64,000 nt of DNA, taken from positions 5,085 through 69,084 of the forward strand of contig NZ_QGLF01000001.1 in the NCBI RefSeq assembly GCF_003173055.1, in the 5' to 3' direction. How positions within the stretch are numbered: the first letter of the stretch is position 1; each line of letters opens with the position of its first letter. The notes beneath the pieces were generated by a model. The model saw only the letters and a list, made by a program, of their open reading frames with translations, searched no databases and was not told where the DNA came from. Position numbers and translations under genes: made by a program. This document shows positions 37,402 to 47,512 of the stretch, in pieces. The DNA is from Zavarzinia compransoris. Lineage in GTDB: Bacteria; Pseudomonadota; Alphaproteobacteria; Zavarziniales; Zavarziniaceae.

Positions 37402-38910
37402 GTGACCGACTATGTCCGCAGGATCCTGGATGCCCGTGTCTATGACGTGGCGGTGCAGACGCCGCTGGACGCCATGGTGCGGCTGGGGCAGCGGCTGGGG
37501 GCGTCGGTCCTGCTGAAGCGCGAGGATTTGCAGCCGATCTTCTCGTTCAAGATCAGGGGCGCCTACAACAAGCTGGTGCGGCTGGATGCGGCGGCGCGGG
37601 CGGCGGGGGTGATCTGCGCCTCCGCCGGCAATCATGCCCAAGGGGTGGCGCTGTCGGCCAGGCGGCTGGGCCTGCGGGCGGTCATCGTCATGCCGGTGAC
37701 GACGCCGGCGATCAAGGTCGAGGCCGTGCGCTACTGGGGTGCCGAGATCGTCCTCCACGGCGATACGTTCGACGTCGCCTATGAGCACGCGCGCCGGCTG
37801 GAACGGGACCAGGGCTTGACCTTCGTCCATCCTTACGACGATCCGGACGTCATCGCCGGCCAGGGCACGGTGGCGGTCGAGGTGCTGCACCAGCATCCCG
37901 ACCCGATCGAGGCGATCTTCGTGCCCATCGGCGGCGGCGGGCTGGCGGCGGGGATCGCCTCCTACGTCAAGTTCCTGCGCCCCGAGACAAGGGTGATCGG
38001 GGTCGAGCCGGTCGATGCCGCCTCGATGAAGGCGGCGCTCGACGCCGGCACGCGGGTGGTGCTGGACCGGGTCGGGCTGTTCGCCGATGGCGTCGCCGTG
38101 CGCCAGGCGGGGGCGGAGACGTTCCGCCTGTGCCGCGACCTGCTGGACGATGTGATCCTGGCCGATACGGATGCGATCTGCGCCGCGGTCAAGGATGTGT
38201 TCGAGGATGTCCGCGTCATCGCCGAGCCGGCGGGGGCCCTGTCCCTGGCCGGGCTCAAGGCCTATGCGGCGGCGAACCCGGTGCGCACCGGCGCCCTGAT
38301 CGCCGTCGCCAGCGGCGCCAACATGAATTTCGACCGGCTGCGCCATGTCGCCGAGCGGGCGGAGATCGGCGAGGCGCGGGAAATCCTGCTGGCCGTCACC
38401 ATCCCCGAAGTGCCCGGGTCCTACCGCCGCTTCATCCAGGTGCTGGGCGACCGCAGCATCACCGAATTCAACTACCGCTATGCCGCGGGCAGCGAAGCCC
38501 ATGTCTTCGTCGGCCTGAAGCTGAACAATGCCCGGCGCGAGAAGCCGCCGATCGTCGACAGCCTGACCGCCCTCGGCTACCGCGTGCTCGACATGTCGGC
38601 GGACGAGACGGCGAAGCTGCACATCCGCTATATGGTCGGCGGCAAGTCGCCGGAATTGACCGACGAGGTGTTGCTGCGCTTCGAATTCCCCGAGCGGCCG
38701 GGGGCGCTGATGCGCTTCCTGGACGGGGTGGGGGCGGAATGGAACATCACCCTGTTCCACTACCGCAACCACGGCGCCGATTACGGCCGGGTGCTGGTCG
38801 GGATCGAAGTCCCGCCGGGCCAGCGCCCGCGCTTCGATGCCATGCTCGATGCGCTCGGCTACCCCCACGAGGAAGAGACCGGCAACCCGGCCTATCGCCT
38901 GTTCCTGTGA
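37402..38910 (+). CDS. ilvA: threonine ammonia-lyase, biosynthetic (two C-terminal ACT-like regulatory domains)
   Basis: PLP motif SFKIRGAYNK; catalytic domain plus ~170-aa regulatory C-terminus. GTG start at 37402 with GGAGG 7 nt upstream. Confidence 0.85.
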   Translation: MTDYVRRILDARVYDVAVQTPLDAMVRLGQRLGASVLLKREDLQPIFSFKIRGAYNKLVRLDAAARAAGVICASAGNHAQGVALSARRLGLRAVIVMPVTTPAIKVEAVRYWGAEIVLHGDTFDVAYEHARRLERDQGLTFVHPYDDPDVIAGQGTVAVEVLHQHPDPIEAIFVPIGGGGLAAGIASYVKFLRPETRVIGVEPVDAASMKAALDAGTRVVLDRVGLFADGVAVRQAGAETFRLCRDLLDDVILADTDAICAAVKDVFEDVRVIAEPAGALSLAGLKAYAAANPVRTGALIAVASGANMNFDRLRHVAERAEIGEAREILLAVTIPEVPGSYRRFIQVLGDRSITEFNYRYAAGSEAHVFVGLKLNNARREKPPIVDSLTALGYRVLDMSADETAKLHIRYMVGGKSPELTDEVLLRFEFPERPGALMRFLDGVGAEWNITLFHYRNHGADYGRVLVGIEVPPGQRPRFDAMLDALGYPHEEETGNPAYRLFL

Positions 38911-40338
38911 TCAGCGGTCGCGCAGGTGGTGGCCGCTGATGTCGCTGCCGGCATCGGGGGCGAAACGGCGGTTCCAGAGCGTCGCGAGCAGGGAAATCCC
39001 GGTCACCACCAGGAAGGCGGCGGAGAAATCCCCCGGCGCCTGGGCATCGCGCCCGCCCAGCGCCAAAGCGATATGGAGGACGGCGGCGGCGGCGCAGACA
39101 CCGGCCGACAGCATCAACTGCTGGAAGGTGGTGTAGAAGCTGGTGGCGGAACTCATCCGTTCCGGGCCGATCTCGTCATAGGCGATGGTGTTATAGGCGG
39201 TGAATTGCAACGACATGGAAAAGCCGCTGCAGAACAGGACGAGCAGGATCGCCCCATGGGGCCAGTCCGGGGTGAAGAAGGCGCAAGCGCCATAGGTCAG
39301 GCTGGACAGCACCCCGTTCACGGTCAGGCAGTCGCGAAAGCCGAAGCGGCGCAGCAGATAGGGCGCGCAGGCTTTCATGGCGGTGGCGCCCAGCGCCGTC
39401 GCCAGGATCAGGCCGCCGGCCTCGGCGGCGCTGAGGCCGAAGGACAGCTGGAACATCAGCGGCAGCAGGAAGGGATGGGCCCCCTGGGTGATCCGGGCCA
39501 GCGAGCCTGCGACCATGGACAGGCGGAACGTCTCCACCCGAAGCAGCGACACGTCAAGAATGGGCGAGGGGTGGCGCCGGGCATGGCGCAGGTAAAGCGC
39601 GCCGAAGACCAGGCCGAGGGCGACCAGCCCGACGGCGACCCGCCCCTCGCCCTCGCGGCTGGCCATTTCGGCGCCGAAGAACAGGCCGCCGAGCGCGATC
39701 CCCGACAGGATCATGCCGGCAAGGTCGAACCGCTGGCCCGGTGCCGGCGCCACCTTCAGGTTCGGAATGTAAAGGCTGGAGAGCACGATCCCGAGCAGGC
39801 CGATCGGGACATTGATGTAGAAGATCCAGCGCCAGTCGAGATAGGTGACGATGAAACCGCCCAGCGGCGGCCCGACGATAGGCCCGACCAGGGCCGGCAC
39901 CAGCAGCCAGGCGGTTGCCGCCACCATGTCCTTCTTGTCGACGGCGCGCAGCAGGATCAGGCGCCCGACCGGCATCATCATGGCCCCGCCCAGGCCCTGG
40001 AGCAGGCGGGCGGCGACGATCGAGGCCAGCCCCTCCGCCAGGGAACACAGGGCGGAGCCGAGGGTGAAGACCACGATCGCCACCCGAAACACGTTCAGCG
40101 TGCCGAACCGGTCGGCGATGACGCCGGAAACCGGGATGAAGATCGCCAGCGACAGCATATAGGCGGTCAGGGCCAGCGACAGATTGGGTGCCGAAGTGCC
40201 GAAATCCCGCGCCATGGCCGGCAGGGCCGTCGCCAGGATGGTGATGTCCAGCTGTTCCATGAACAGGGCGGCGGCGATGATCAGGGCGATGGTGCGGTAA
40301 CCCGGCGGGCCGCGGCCGGTCTCGTCTGCGCCTGTCAT
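38911..40338 (-). CDS. MFS transporter, DHA2 (EmrB/QacA) family, 14 TMS
   Basis: LDITILATALPAMARDFG...GRLILLRAV (motif A/C region), ~475 aa with 14 predicted TMs. Start ATG 40338 (MTGADETG...). Confidence 0.8.
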   Translation of the reverse strand: MTGADETGRGPPGYRTIALIIAAALFMEQLDITILATALPAMARDFGTSAPNLSLALTAYMLSLAIFIPVSGVIADRFGTLNVFRVAIVVFTLGSALCSLAEGLASIVAARLLQGLGGAMMMPVGRLILLRAVDKKDMVAATAWLLVPALVGPIVGPPLGGFIVTYLDWRWIFYINVPIGLLGIVLSSLYIPNLKVAPAPGQRFDLAGMILSGIALGGLFFGAEMASREGEGRVAVGLVALGLVFGALYLRHARRHPSPILDVSLLRVETFRLSMVAGSLARITQGAHPFLLPLMFQLSFGLSAAEAGGLILATALGATAMKACAPYLLRRFGFRDCLTVNGVLSSLTYGACAFFTPDWPHGAILLVLFCSGFSMSLQFTAYNTIAYDEIGPERMSSATSFYTTFQQLMLSAGVCAAAAVLHIALALGGRDAQAPGDFSAAFLVVTGISLLATLWNRRFAPDAGSDISGHHLRDR

Positions 40339-40440
40339 GGGGGAACGCCGCTCTTGTCGCTGTGGTAGCCCCTTATGCCGGGATTCGGCGCGGGGCGGTA
40401 CGGCAGGCTTTGCCATGCCTGCCATGCAGGTTCGACGCGT

Positions 40441-41193
40441 TCAAAAATGCCCCAGATAGCCGCCGTCGACCGCCAGCGTCTGCCCGGTGACATAGGCGGC
40501 GGCGGGCGAGGCGAGAAAGACCACCGCCCCCGCGATCTCCGCCGGCCGGCCCCAGCGCCCGAGCGAGGTGCGCCGCGCCAGCCAATCCGCCACGCCCGCG
40601 TCCTCGACCATGGCGCGGTTGGCCTCGGTGGCGAAATAGCCGGGGGCGACCGCATTCACCGTGATCCCGCGCGGCCCGAGTTCGGCGGCCAGTGCCCGGG
40701 TCAGCGCGTCCAGCCCGCCCTTGGCGGCGGTATAGGCGGCATCGCCGCCCCGGGCGATCGGCCCCGCGATCGAGGTGATGTTGACGATCCGCCCGCCCGC
40801 CGGCATGGCCGCCGCCACCTGCCGGGCAAGATCGAAGGGGGCGACGAGATCGATTTCGAGCAGCGCCCGGACCGCGCCCCGGTCGAGATCGGCCAGGGGC
40901 CGGCGGTCCCGCGCCCCGGCATTGTTGACCAGGATGGTGACCGGGCCGAAACGTTGCCCCGCCCAGTCGAGGGCGGCGGCCACCGACGCCTCGTCGCCGA
41001 GGTCGAAGGGCAGGGGCACGGCCTGCCCGCCCCGGGCGATGGCTTCCCCGGCGACGGCTTCCAGCGGTTCGAGGGCGCGGCCATGGACCAGCACCAGGGC
41101 GCCCGCCGCCGCCAGCGCCAGGGCGATCTCCCGCCCGAGGCCGCGCCCGGCCCCGGTCACCAGGGCCACGCCGCCGGTCAGATCGAAACTCAT
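40441..41193 (-). CDS. SDR family oxidoreductase (3-oxoacyl-ACP reductase-like)
   Basis: TGAGRGLG (TGxxxGxG), NNAG, catalytic YxxxK (YTAAKGGLDALTR), 250 aa. Confidence 0.8.
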   Translation of the reverse strand: MSFDLTGGVALVTGAGRGLGREIALALAAAGALVLVHGRALEPLEAVAGEAIARGGQAVPLPFDLGDEASVAAALDWAGQRFGPVTILVNNAGARDRRPLADLDRGAVRALLEIDLVAPFDLARQVAAAMPAGGRIVNITSIAGPIARGGDAAYTAAKGGLDALTRALAAELGPRGITVNAVAPGYFATEANRAMVEDAGVADWLARRTSLGRWGRPAEIAGAVVFLASPAAAYVTGQTLAVDGGYLGHF

Positions 41194-41248
41194 CCCATCA
41201 CCTGCGCCTTCAAGCCGGAAATACGGGACGATACGACAGGCAGGCGGG

Positions 41249-43426
41249 TCACGACGAGGCCCGGAAGCGCAGCAGGCGCAGCGCGTTCAGGGTGACGAGG
41301 ACGGTCGCCCCGGTATCCGCCAGCACCGCGATCCACATGCCGGTCAGGCCGAGCACGGTGGTGACCAGGAAGATCGCCTTGGAGCCCAGCGCCAGGGCGA
41401 CATTCACCCTTATGTTGGCCAGCGTCGCCCGCGACAGGGCGATCAGGTCGGCAACGCCGCCGACCCGGTTGTGCAGCAGGGCGGCGTCGGCGGTTTCCAG
41501 CGCGACGTCGGTGCCGCCACCCATGGCGATGCCGACGGCGGCGGCGGCCAGCGCCGGGGCATCGTTGATGCCGTCGCCGACCTTGCCGACCGGGCCCTTG
41601 CCGGCGGCGGCCAGGTCGCGGACGATGCGGGCCTTGTCGGCGGGCATCAGTTCGGCATGGACCTCGACGCCGAGATCGGCGCCGATGGCGGTGGCCGTCC
41701 GGCGGTTGTCGCCGGTCAGCATCACGCCCTCGATGCCCATGGCGGCCAGCCGGGCCAGGCCCTGGCGGGCATCGTCGCGCGCCTCGTCGCGCAGTGCGAT
41801 CAGGCCCAGCGCCTGCTCGCCCCGGGTCAGCACGGCGACGGTCTTGCCCGCTTCCTCCAGCGCCGCTACCGGGCCGGCATCGAAGGCGGCGCGTTCGGCG
41901 GCGGCCCGCGGACTGCCGAGGAACAGCAGCTCGCCCGCGATCGTGCCGGTCAGGCCCTGGCCCGCCAGGGCGGCGACATTGTCGGCGGGGACGAGGGCGC
42001 GGGGGCCGGCCTCGGCCAGGATCGCCCGGGCCAGCGGGTGGTTGGAGCCGACCTCGAGGCCGGCGGCAAGCGCGAGAACCTCGTCCCTCGTCGCGGCCAG
42101 CGGCACTACGTCGGTCACCTGGGGCCGGCCTTCGGTCAATGTGCCGGTCTTGTCGAAGGCGACGGTCTTCAGCCCGCCCAGGGCTTCGAGCACGGCGCCG
42201 CCCTTGATCAGCAGGCCCTGGCGCGCGCCGGTGGAGAGACCGGCGGCGATGGCGGCCGGGGTCGAGATGACGAGGGCGCAGGGGCAGGCGATCAGCAGCA
42301 GCGACAGCGCCCGGTAAACCCAGGTGCCCCAATCCTGGCCCGCCAGCAAGGGCGGCGCCAGGGCGACGAGGAGGGCGATCGCCACCACCGCCGGCATGTA
42401 GATGCGGGCGAAGCGGTCGATGAAGCGGGCGACCGGGGCCTTCGCCTCCTGCGCTTCCTCGACCAGGCGGATGATGCGGGCGATGGTATTGTCCTCGGCA
42501 CCCCGGGTCACTTCCAGCTTCAGGGCGGCGTCGAGATTGATGGTGCCGGCGAAGACGTCGTCGCCCGGCTGTTTGGCCCGGGGCACGGATTCGCCGTTCA
42601 CCGGCGATTCGTCTAGGCTGGACATGCCTTCCCAGATGATGCCGTCGGCCGGCACCCGGTCGCCCGGGCGGACCAGCAGGAAATCGCCCACCTTCACCTG
42701 ATCCGCCGGGATCTCCTCCGTCGTGCTGCCGGCCAGGCGGAGCGCGGTGCGCGGCGTCAGGTCGGCCAGGGCCTCGATGCTGCGCCGGGCCCGGCTCGCG
42801 GCATAGCCTTCCAGCACTTCGCCCACGGCGAAGAGGAAGACCACCACCGCCGCCTCTTCCCCGGCATCGATGGCCAGGGCGCCGAGGGCGGCGATCGTCA
42901 TCAGCATTTCGATGGTGAAGATGCTGCCCGCGGTCGCGGCGGCCAGGGCGCGGCGCGCCACCGGCAGCAGGGCGATCAGGGTCGCGAGGCCGAAGGCCCA
43001 GGGCCCGGCCGCCGGCACCGCCATCTCCACGGCGAAGGCAAGGCCAAGCAGGGCGCCGGAAGCCAGCACCAGCCGCCCCTTGGCGGTGCGCCACCAGGGC
43101 TTGCCCCGGTCGGCCGGATCGTCGTGGCTGTGATCATGGTCGTGATCGTGGCCATGGTCGTGGGACTGGTGATCGTGCCGGGCCTCGTTGTCGATCACGG
43201 TAAAGCCGAGGCGGCGGATCGCCGCCTGCATGTCGGCCAGGGACGGGGAGACCGCCCCCTCGGTGACCGCGACCGTACCGCCGGTCACATTCACATTGAC
43301 CTCGTCGACACCGGGCAGGCGCTTCAACGCCGTCTCGATCTTGATCGCGCAGCTGGCGCAATCCATGCCTTCCACCTTCAGGCGGTGCCGGGGCGCAGTC
43401 TTGTTCATGACACTTGTCCTCACCAT
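41249..43426 (-). CDS. zntA: heavy-metal (Zn/Cd/Pb-type) translocating P1B-type ATPase
   Basis: N-terminal HMA domain (GMDCASCAIKIE), His-rich stretch HDHQSHDHGHDHDHDHSHDD, membrane CPC motif (IACPCALVIS), phosphorylation site DKTGTLT, GDGINDAPAL hinge. Alternative start at 43408. Confidence 0.85.
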   Translation of the reverse strand: MVRTSVMNKTAPRHRLKVEGMDCASCAIKIETALKRLPGVDEVNVNVTGGTVAVTEGAVSPSLADMQAAIRRLGFTVIDNEARHDHQSHDHGHDHDHDHSHDDPADRGKPWWRTAKGRLVLASGALLGLAFAVEMAVPAAGPWAFGLATLIALLPVARRALAAATAGSIFTIEMLMTIAALGALAIDAGEEAAVVVFLFAVGEVLEGYAASRARRSIEALADLTPRTALRLAGSTTEEIPADQVKVGDFLLVRPGDRVPADGIIWEGMSSLDESPVNGESVPRAKQPGDDVFAGTINLDAALKLEVTRGAEDNTIARIIRLVEEAQEAKAPVARFIDRFARIYMPAVVAIALLVALAPPLLAGQDWGTWVYRALSLLLIACPCALVISTPAAIAAGLSTGARQGLLIKGGAVLEALGGLKTVAFDKTGTLTEGRPQVTDVVPLAATRDEVLALAAGLEVGSNHPLARAILAEAGPRALVPADNVAALAGQGLTGTIAGELLFLGSPRAAAERAAFDAGPVAALEEAGKTVAVLTRGEQALGLIALRDEARDDARQGLARLAAMGIEGVMLTGDNRRTATAIGADLGVEVHAELMPADKARIVRDLAAAGKGPVGKVGDGINDAPALAAAAVGIAMGGGTDVALETADAALLHNRVGGVADLIALSRATLANIRVNVALALGSKAIFLVTTVLGLTGMWIAVLADTGATVLVTLNALRLLRFRASS

Positions 43427-43439
43427 CTTGTGAGGATCA

Positions 43440-43482
43440 CCATGGAACCTGAAGCCACTGGAGCTTCAAGGGGAAAATTTCG
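43440..43482. promoter_or_regulatory. MerR-type operator/promoter (dyad inside a long-spacer promoter) between zntA-like and merR-family genes
   Basis: Minus-strand reading: cCTTGAAGC-tccagtg-GCTTCAGGttccatggtgat: -35-like TTGAAG, 19-bp spacer containing the dyad CTTGAAGC/GCTTCAGG, weak -10. A second dyad CCTCAC-catcttg-GTGAGG occupies 43443-43460. Confidence 0.5.
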
Positions 43483-43926
43483 ATGAGAAACCCGCTGGAA
43501 ATCAAAGACTTGTCCATCGGCGATCTGGCCAGGCGAACGGAAACCAAGGTCCAGACCATCCGCTATTACGAAGAGATCGGCCTGTTGCCCGCGCCGGCCC
43601 GCACCGAGGGCAAGCAACGGGTCTATGGCTTGTCCACCCTGCGGCGCCTCGCCTTCATCCGCCATGCCCGCGACCTCGGCTTCCCGGTCGAGGCGATCCG
43701 CGATCTCCTGCGCCTGTCGGACCACCCGGAGCAGCCCTGCGGCGATGCCGATGCCATCGCCCGCCGCCATCTGGCCGAGGTGGAGGACCGGATCAAGCGC
43801 CTGCGCACCCTGCAGAAAGAGTTGAAGCGCATGATCGACCAGCACCGGTGCGACGGCGGCTCGATCGCCGATTGCCGGGTGATCGAGGTCCTGTCCGACC
43901 ATGCCCTGTGCGGGCACGGCCATTGA
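43483..43926 (+). CDS. MerR-family metal-responsive regulator (ZntR/CadR/PbrR-like)
   Basis: N-terminal MerR HTH (LSIGDLARRTETKVQTIRYYEEIGLL), coiled-coil dimerisation helix, C-terminal metal-binding Cys/His (CGDAD...C..C.HGH). Divergent from the P-type ATPase. Confidence 0.8.
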   Translation: MRNPLEIKDLSIGDLARRTETKVQTIRYYEEIGLLPAPARTEGKQRVYGLSTLRRLAFIRHARDLGFPVEAIRDLLRLSDHPEQPCGDADAIARRHLAEVEDRIKRLRTLQKELKRMIDQHRCDGGSIADCRVIEVLSDHALCGHGH

Positions 43927-44840
43927 GGTTCACCCGCCTCGTCCATGCGGATTGGAGCGTCGACCGGCGCAAGCGCTTTGCCGCGCGGGCGGTGTGGTCG
44001 GGCGGGCGCTGGCTGGTGTCGGCGCCGGCACCGGTCGGTGACGGCTTTCTCGACGAATTGCTGGCGGCGCCGGTGCTGGCGGGCTTCGACTTCCCGATCG
44101 GCCTGCCCGATGCCTATGGCCGGCGCACGGGCTTTGCCGATTTCCGCGCCGCCCTGGCCGCTTTCGGTGAGGGCGCCTGGGCGGATGTCTTCACCGTGGC
44201 CGACAGGGTGGCGGAGGTCGGCCTGCACCGGCCCTTCTATCCCGCCCGGGCCACGGCCGGGGTGCGGCAGGCGCCCTTTCTCGCCGCCCATGGCGTTGCC
44301 GCGCTGGACGAATTGCACCGCCGCTGCGAACGGGCGACGGCGCGGCGCCGGGCCGCCGCCGCCCTGTTCTGGACCCTCGGCGGCAATCAGGTGGGCAAGG
44401 CCGCCATCGCCGGCTGGCGCGAGGTGATCCGCCCGGCCCTGGCCCGAGGCGCCAAGCTCTGGCCCTTCGACGGGCCGCTGGCGAGCCTGTCCGGCACGGT
44501 GCTGGCCGAATGCTATCCGGGGGAGATCTACGACCATCTCGGCTGCCGTTTCCAGGGCGGGGACAGCAAGCGCCGGCAGGACGACCGGCGCGCCCGCGCG
44601 GCCCCGCTGCTCGACTGGGCGGCGCGGCACGATGTGGTCTTCGAACTGCCGGCCCGGGCGGCGGTGCTGGCCGGCTTCGGCCCCGCGCCGACGGGGGAGG
44701 ATGCCTTCGATGCCCTGATCGGCCTCCTCGGCCTGATCGAGGTCGCCGCCGGGCACCGCCCTCCGGGGCCGGAGGAGGATCCGGTGATCCGCCGGTTCGA
44801 AGGCTGGATCCTGGGGCAGGCCTATTCCAGCCTGCGGTAG
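43923..44840 (+). CDS. hypothetical protein (possibly DUF429-like); TTG start overlapping merR stop
   Basis: No ATG available after the merR stop. TTG at 43923 is in frame with the long ORF (tool ORF 43848..44840 overlaps merR and is therefore trimmed). Assignment is weak. Confidence 0.35.
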   Translation: MRFTRLVHADWSVDRRKRFAARAVWSGGRWLVSAPAPVGDGFLDELLAAPVLAGFDFPIGLPDAYGRRTGFADFRAALAAFGEGAWADVFTVADRVAEVGLHRPFYPARATAGVRQAPFLAAHGVAALDELHRRCERATARRRAAAALFWTLGGNQVGKAAIAGWREVIRPALARGAKLWPFDGPLASLSGTVLAECYPGEIYDHLGCRFQGGDSKRRQDDRRARAAPLLDWAARHDVVFELPARAAVLAGFGPAPTGEDAFDALIGLLGLIEVAAGHRPPGPEEDPVIRRFEGWILGQAYSSLR

Positions 44841-45355
44841 GTCGCTTGCACCAGCCCGGTCGGGAAATGGCGGGCGCCCAGCAGTTGCCAGCGGCCGTGG
44901 GGCACTTCGGGCCCGAACAGGGGCCGGCCCCGGCCCAGCATGACCGGGATGTGGGACAGGGTCAGGTCGTCCACCAGATCCTCGGCCAGGCCCTGGCGGA
45001 TGCTCTCGCCGCCGTCGAGATAGACCCGCCGCACCCCCTCCTCGCCCAGGGCGAGGATGAGGTCGGCCAGCGCCCCGTCGTGGCGGGCGACGCCCGCGGG
45101 GGCATCTTCCAGCGGCCGGTGGCTGAGCACCACCACCCGCTTGTCGGCGAAGGGCCAGGGCTCGAAGCCCGCCACCATGTCGAAGGTATTGCGCCCCATG
45201 ACCACCGTATCGACATCGGCGATGAATTCGCCGAAACCGTAATCCTCGCCATGCTCGTCCTCGACCACGGACAGCCATTCGATGCCGCCGTCGGCGCGGG
45301 CGATGAAGCCGTCGAGGCTGGCGGCGATATAGACGGAGACGCGGGGACGGGGCAT
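44822..45355 (-). CDS. dihydrofolate-reductase-like (RibD C-terminal domain) family protein
   Basis: RVSVYIAASLDGFIARADGGIEWL...VVMGRNTF...RVYLDGGESIRQGL...TGLVQATY, typical of the YwjB/RibD_C family. Confidence 0.65.
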   Translation of the reverse strand: MPRPRVSVYIAASLDGFIARADGGIEWLSVVEDEHGEDYGFGEFIADVDTVVMGRNTFDMVAGFEPWPFADKRVVVLSHRPLEDAPAGVARHDGALADLILALGEEGVRRVYLDGGESIRQGLAEDLVDDLTLSHIPVMLGRGRPLFGPEVPHGRWQLLGARHFPTGLVQATYRRLE

Positions 45356-45705
45356 GGACGGTTCCGGCATGGCGATGAAGGCTAGGCCCGTGGTTCTAGC
45401 CGAGCATCGGTCAAAAGGCGAAGGGCGTCGACGACCGGGGCCGGGCTTTTGCCGTTGTCGCAGGATGGTTTGACTTCGCCTTTCGCATCTGCGATAAGAG
45501 CACGTCCGGCGGTGCCGGCATCAGGCGCCCCCGCCGCGTAGGACCGTCGCAACAGACGACGGGTTGATCCTCAGGGGCGCATCGATTTTCCCGACATTGG
45601 CTGCCCAGGCACGCGGGGCTGCCAGGTTCACATGCCCGAGGTGGGCATCGCCTGACGCCGCATGATCGGCGGGGCGGTGTCGCCGGGGCCGTTTGTGAAA
45701 GATTA

Positions 45706-47028
45706 TTGGTGACTCAATTCTCGGATCTCGGCCTCGCCGAGCCTTTGCTTCGCGCCCTCAATGAAGAGGGCTACGCGACCCCGACCCCGATCCAGGCCCG
45801 CGCCATCCCCGCCCTGCTGGAGGGCCGGGACATGCTGGGCATCGCCCAGACCGGCACCGGCAAGACCGCGGCCTTCGCCCTGCCCATCCTCAACCGCCTG
45901 CTGAACAATCCGGCACGGCCGGTGCCGCGCACGGTGCGCGCCCTGATCATGGCCCCGACCCGCGAGTTGGCGGCCCAGATCGGCGAGAGTTTCCGCGCCT
46001 ATGGCCGCTTCACCCGCCTGTCCGTCGCCGTGATCTTCGGCGGCGTGCCGCATGGCGCCCAGATCCGCGCCCTCTCGCGCGGGGTGGATATCCTGGTGGC
46101 GACGCCGGGCCGCCTGCTCGACCATATCGAATCCGGCCATTGCCGCCTCGACCATACCGAGGTGGTGGTGCTGGACGAGGCGGATCACATGCTCGACCTC
46201 GGCTTCGTCGTGCCCATCCGCAAGATCGTCAGCCGCCTCGCCAGCCGGCGCCAGAGCCTGTTCTTCTCGGCCACCATGCCGAAGGAAATCGCCACCCTCG
46301 CCGGCGAGATGCTGCGCGAGCCGGTGAAGGTCGAGGTGACGCCGGTCGCGACCACCGCCGAGCGCGTGACCCAGCAGGTCTATCTGATCGAAGCCGGGGG
46401 CAAGCGCGGCCTCCTGCTCGAACTGCTCTCGAAGCAGGAAGTGGTGCGCCCGATCGTCTTCACCCGCACCAAGCGCGGTGCCGACCGGGTGGCCGAACAC
46501 CTCGAGGCTTACGGCCTGTCGGCCGCCGCCATTCACGGCAACAAGAGCCAGGGCCAGCGCGAGCGCGCCCTCGACGGCTTCAAGGCCGGCACGGTGAAGG
46601 TGCTGGTCGCGACCGACATCGCCGCCCGCGGCATCGACATCGACGGCATCAGCCATGTCGTCAATTTCGAGCTGCCCAATGTGCCGGAACAATATGTCCA
46701 CCGCATCGGCCGCACCGCGCGGGCGGGCAATGACGGCATCGCCATTTCCTTCTGCGACCGCGACGAGGTGGCCTATCTCCGCGACATCGAGAAGGTGACG
46801 CGCCAGAAGCTGCCGGTGATCGACCGCCGCGCCGACCCTTCCGCCCCGGCGGAAGCGGCGCCGGCGAAGGCACAGCCGCGCCGGCCCCAGGGCAGCCAGA
46901 ATCGCCGGCCCCAGGGCGGGCCGGGCGAAGGGCGGAAACCCCAGGGCCAAAGGCCGCAGGGCCAGCCGCAGAAGGCGCGCGGCCAGGGCCCGTCCGGCGG
47001 CGGTGACCGCCGCCGCGCCCGGGGGTAA
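45706..47028 (+). CDS. rhlE: DEAD-box ATP-dependent RNA helicase (RhlE-like) with basic Gly/Arg/Gln-rich tail
   Basis: Q-motif (F..LGL...L..A....GY..PTPIQ), Walker [13 protein letters not shown] (VLDEAD), [11 protein letters not shown]. Long (~330 nt) structured 5' leader 45371-45705. Confidence 0.85.
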   Translation: MVTQFSDLGLAEPLLRALNEEGYATPTPIQARAIPALLEGRDMLGIAQTGTGKTAAFALPILNRLLNNPARPVPRTVRALIMAPTRELAAQIGESFRAYGRFTRLSVAVIFGGVPHGAQIRALSRGVDILVATPGRLLDHIESGHCRLDHTEVVVLDEADHMLDLGFVVPIRKIVSRLASRRQSLFFSATMPKEIATLAGEMLREPVKVEVTPVATTAERVTQQVYLIEAGGKRGLLLELLSKQEVVRPIVFTRTKRGADRVAEHLEAYGLSAAAIHGNKSQGQRERALDGFKAGTVKVLVATDIAARGIDIDGISHVVNFELPNVPEQYVHRIGRTARAGNDGIAISFCDRDEVAYLRDIEKVTRQKLPVIDRRADPSAPAEAAPAKAQPRRPQGSQNRRPQGGPGEGRKPQGQRPQGQPQKARGQGPSGGGDRRRARG

Positions 47029-47082
47029 GGAAGGTTCCGGGGTTGAATTTATTGGGAAACGATCAAGTTTAACCCCGGAAAG

Positions 47083-47409
47083 ATGAAGATGCGATCAGGC
47101 GTAATAGTTTTCTTTTACGCCTTTTCTGCCGTGGCGGCTTTATTCCTGGTCTACAGCATCTATGAGTATATGACCGTGTCCCCCGTTCTGGTCGAGAGGG
47201 TGCGGGAGGATCTCGATTTGACGTGTGAGCGCAGGGGTATTGATTGCAGCAAGTATTCCGGCCCGGTCGAGGTGCGGGGAGGGTGGCGGCATCATGAGTA
47301 TCACTGGATGAGTGATCGTGATGAAACGTGCATCCTCGGCCTGGTGGAGTTTTTCCCCCTCAATATGGATTTCTGGTTTTGGTGTGATGAAGCTGCGCGA
47401 GAGCGATGA
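47083..47409 (+). CDS. hypothetical small membrane protein in an AT-rich (~45% GC) islet
   Basis: MKMRSGVIVFFYAFSAVAALFLVYSIYEY (TM). Codon usage and GC are strongly atypical for the replicon; 47040-47460 is AT-rich. Confidence 0.35.
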   Translation: MKMRSGVIVFFYAFSAVAALFLVYSIYEYMTVSPVLVERVREDLDLTCERRGIDCSKYSGPVEVRGGWRHHEYHWMSDRDETCILGLVEFFPLNMDFWFWCDEAARER

Positions 47410-47512
47410 CTGACGGTTTCATTCAAATAATTATCTGAAAGAACAGGCCGCGAGCGTCGGGTCGTTCGTCGAGGCGGGGAGGGGGGCTTGGCCGCCCGTC
47501 ATCCCTTCCCCG

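Noticed and set aside
43848-43926. 5' extension of tool ORF 43848..44840 overlapping the merR-family gene
   Set aside because: It overlaps a well-supported MerR-family CDS in another frame. The hypothetical gene was trimmed to begin at TTG 43923.
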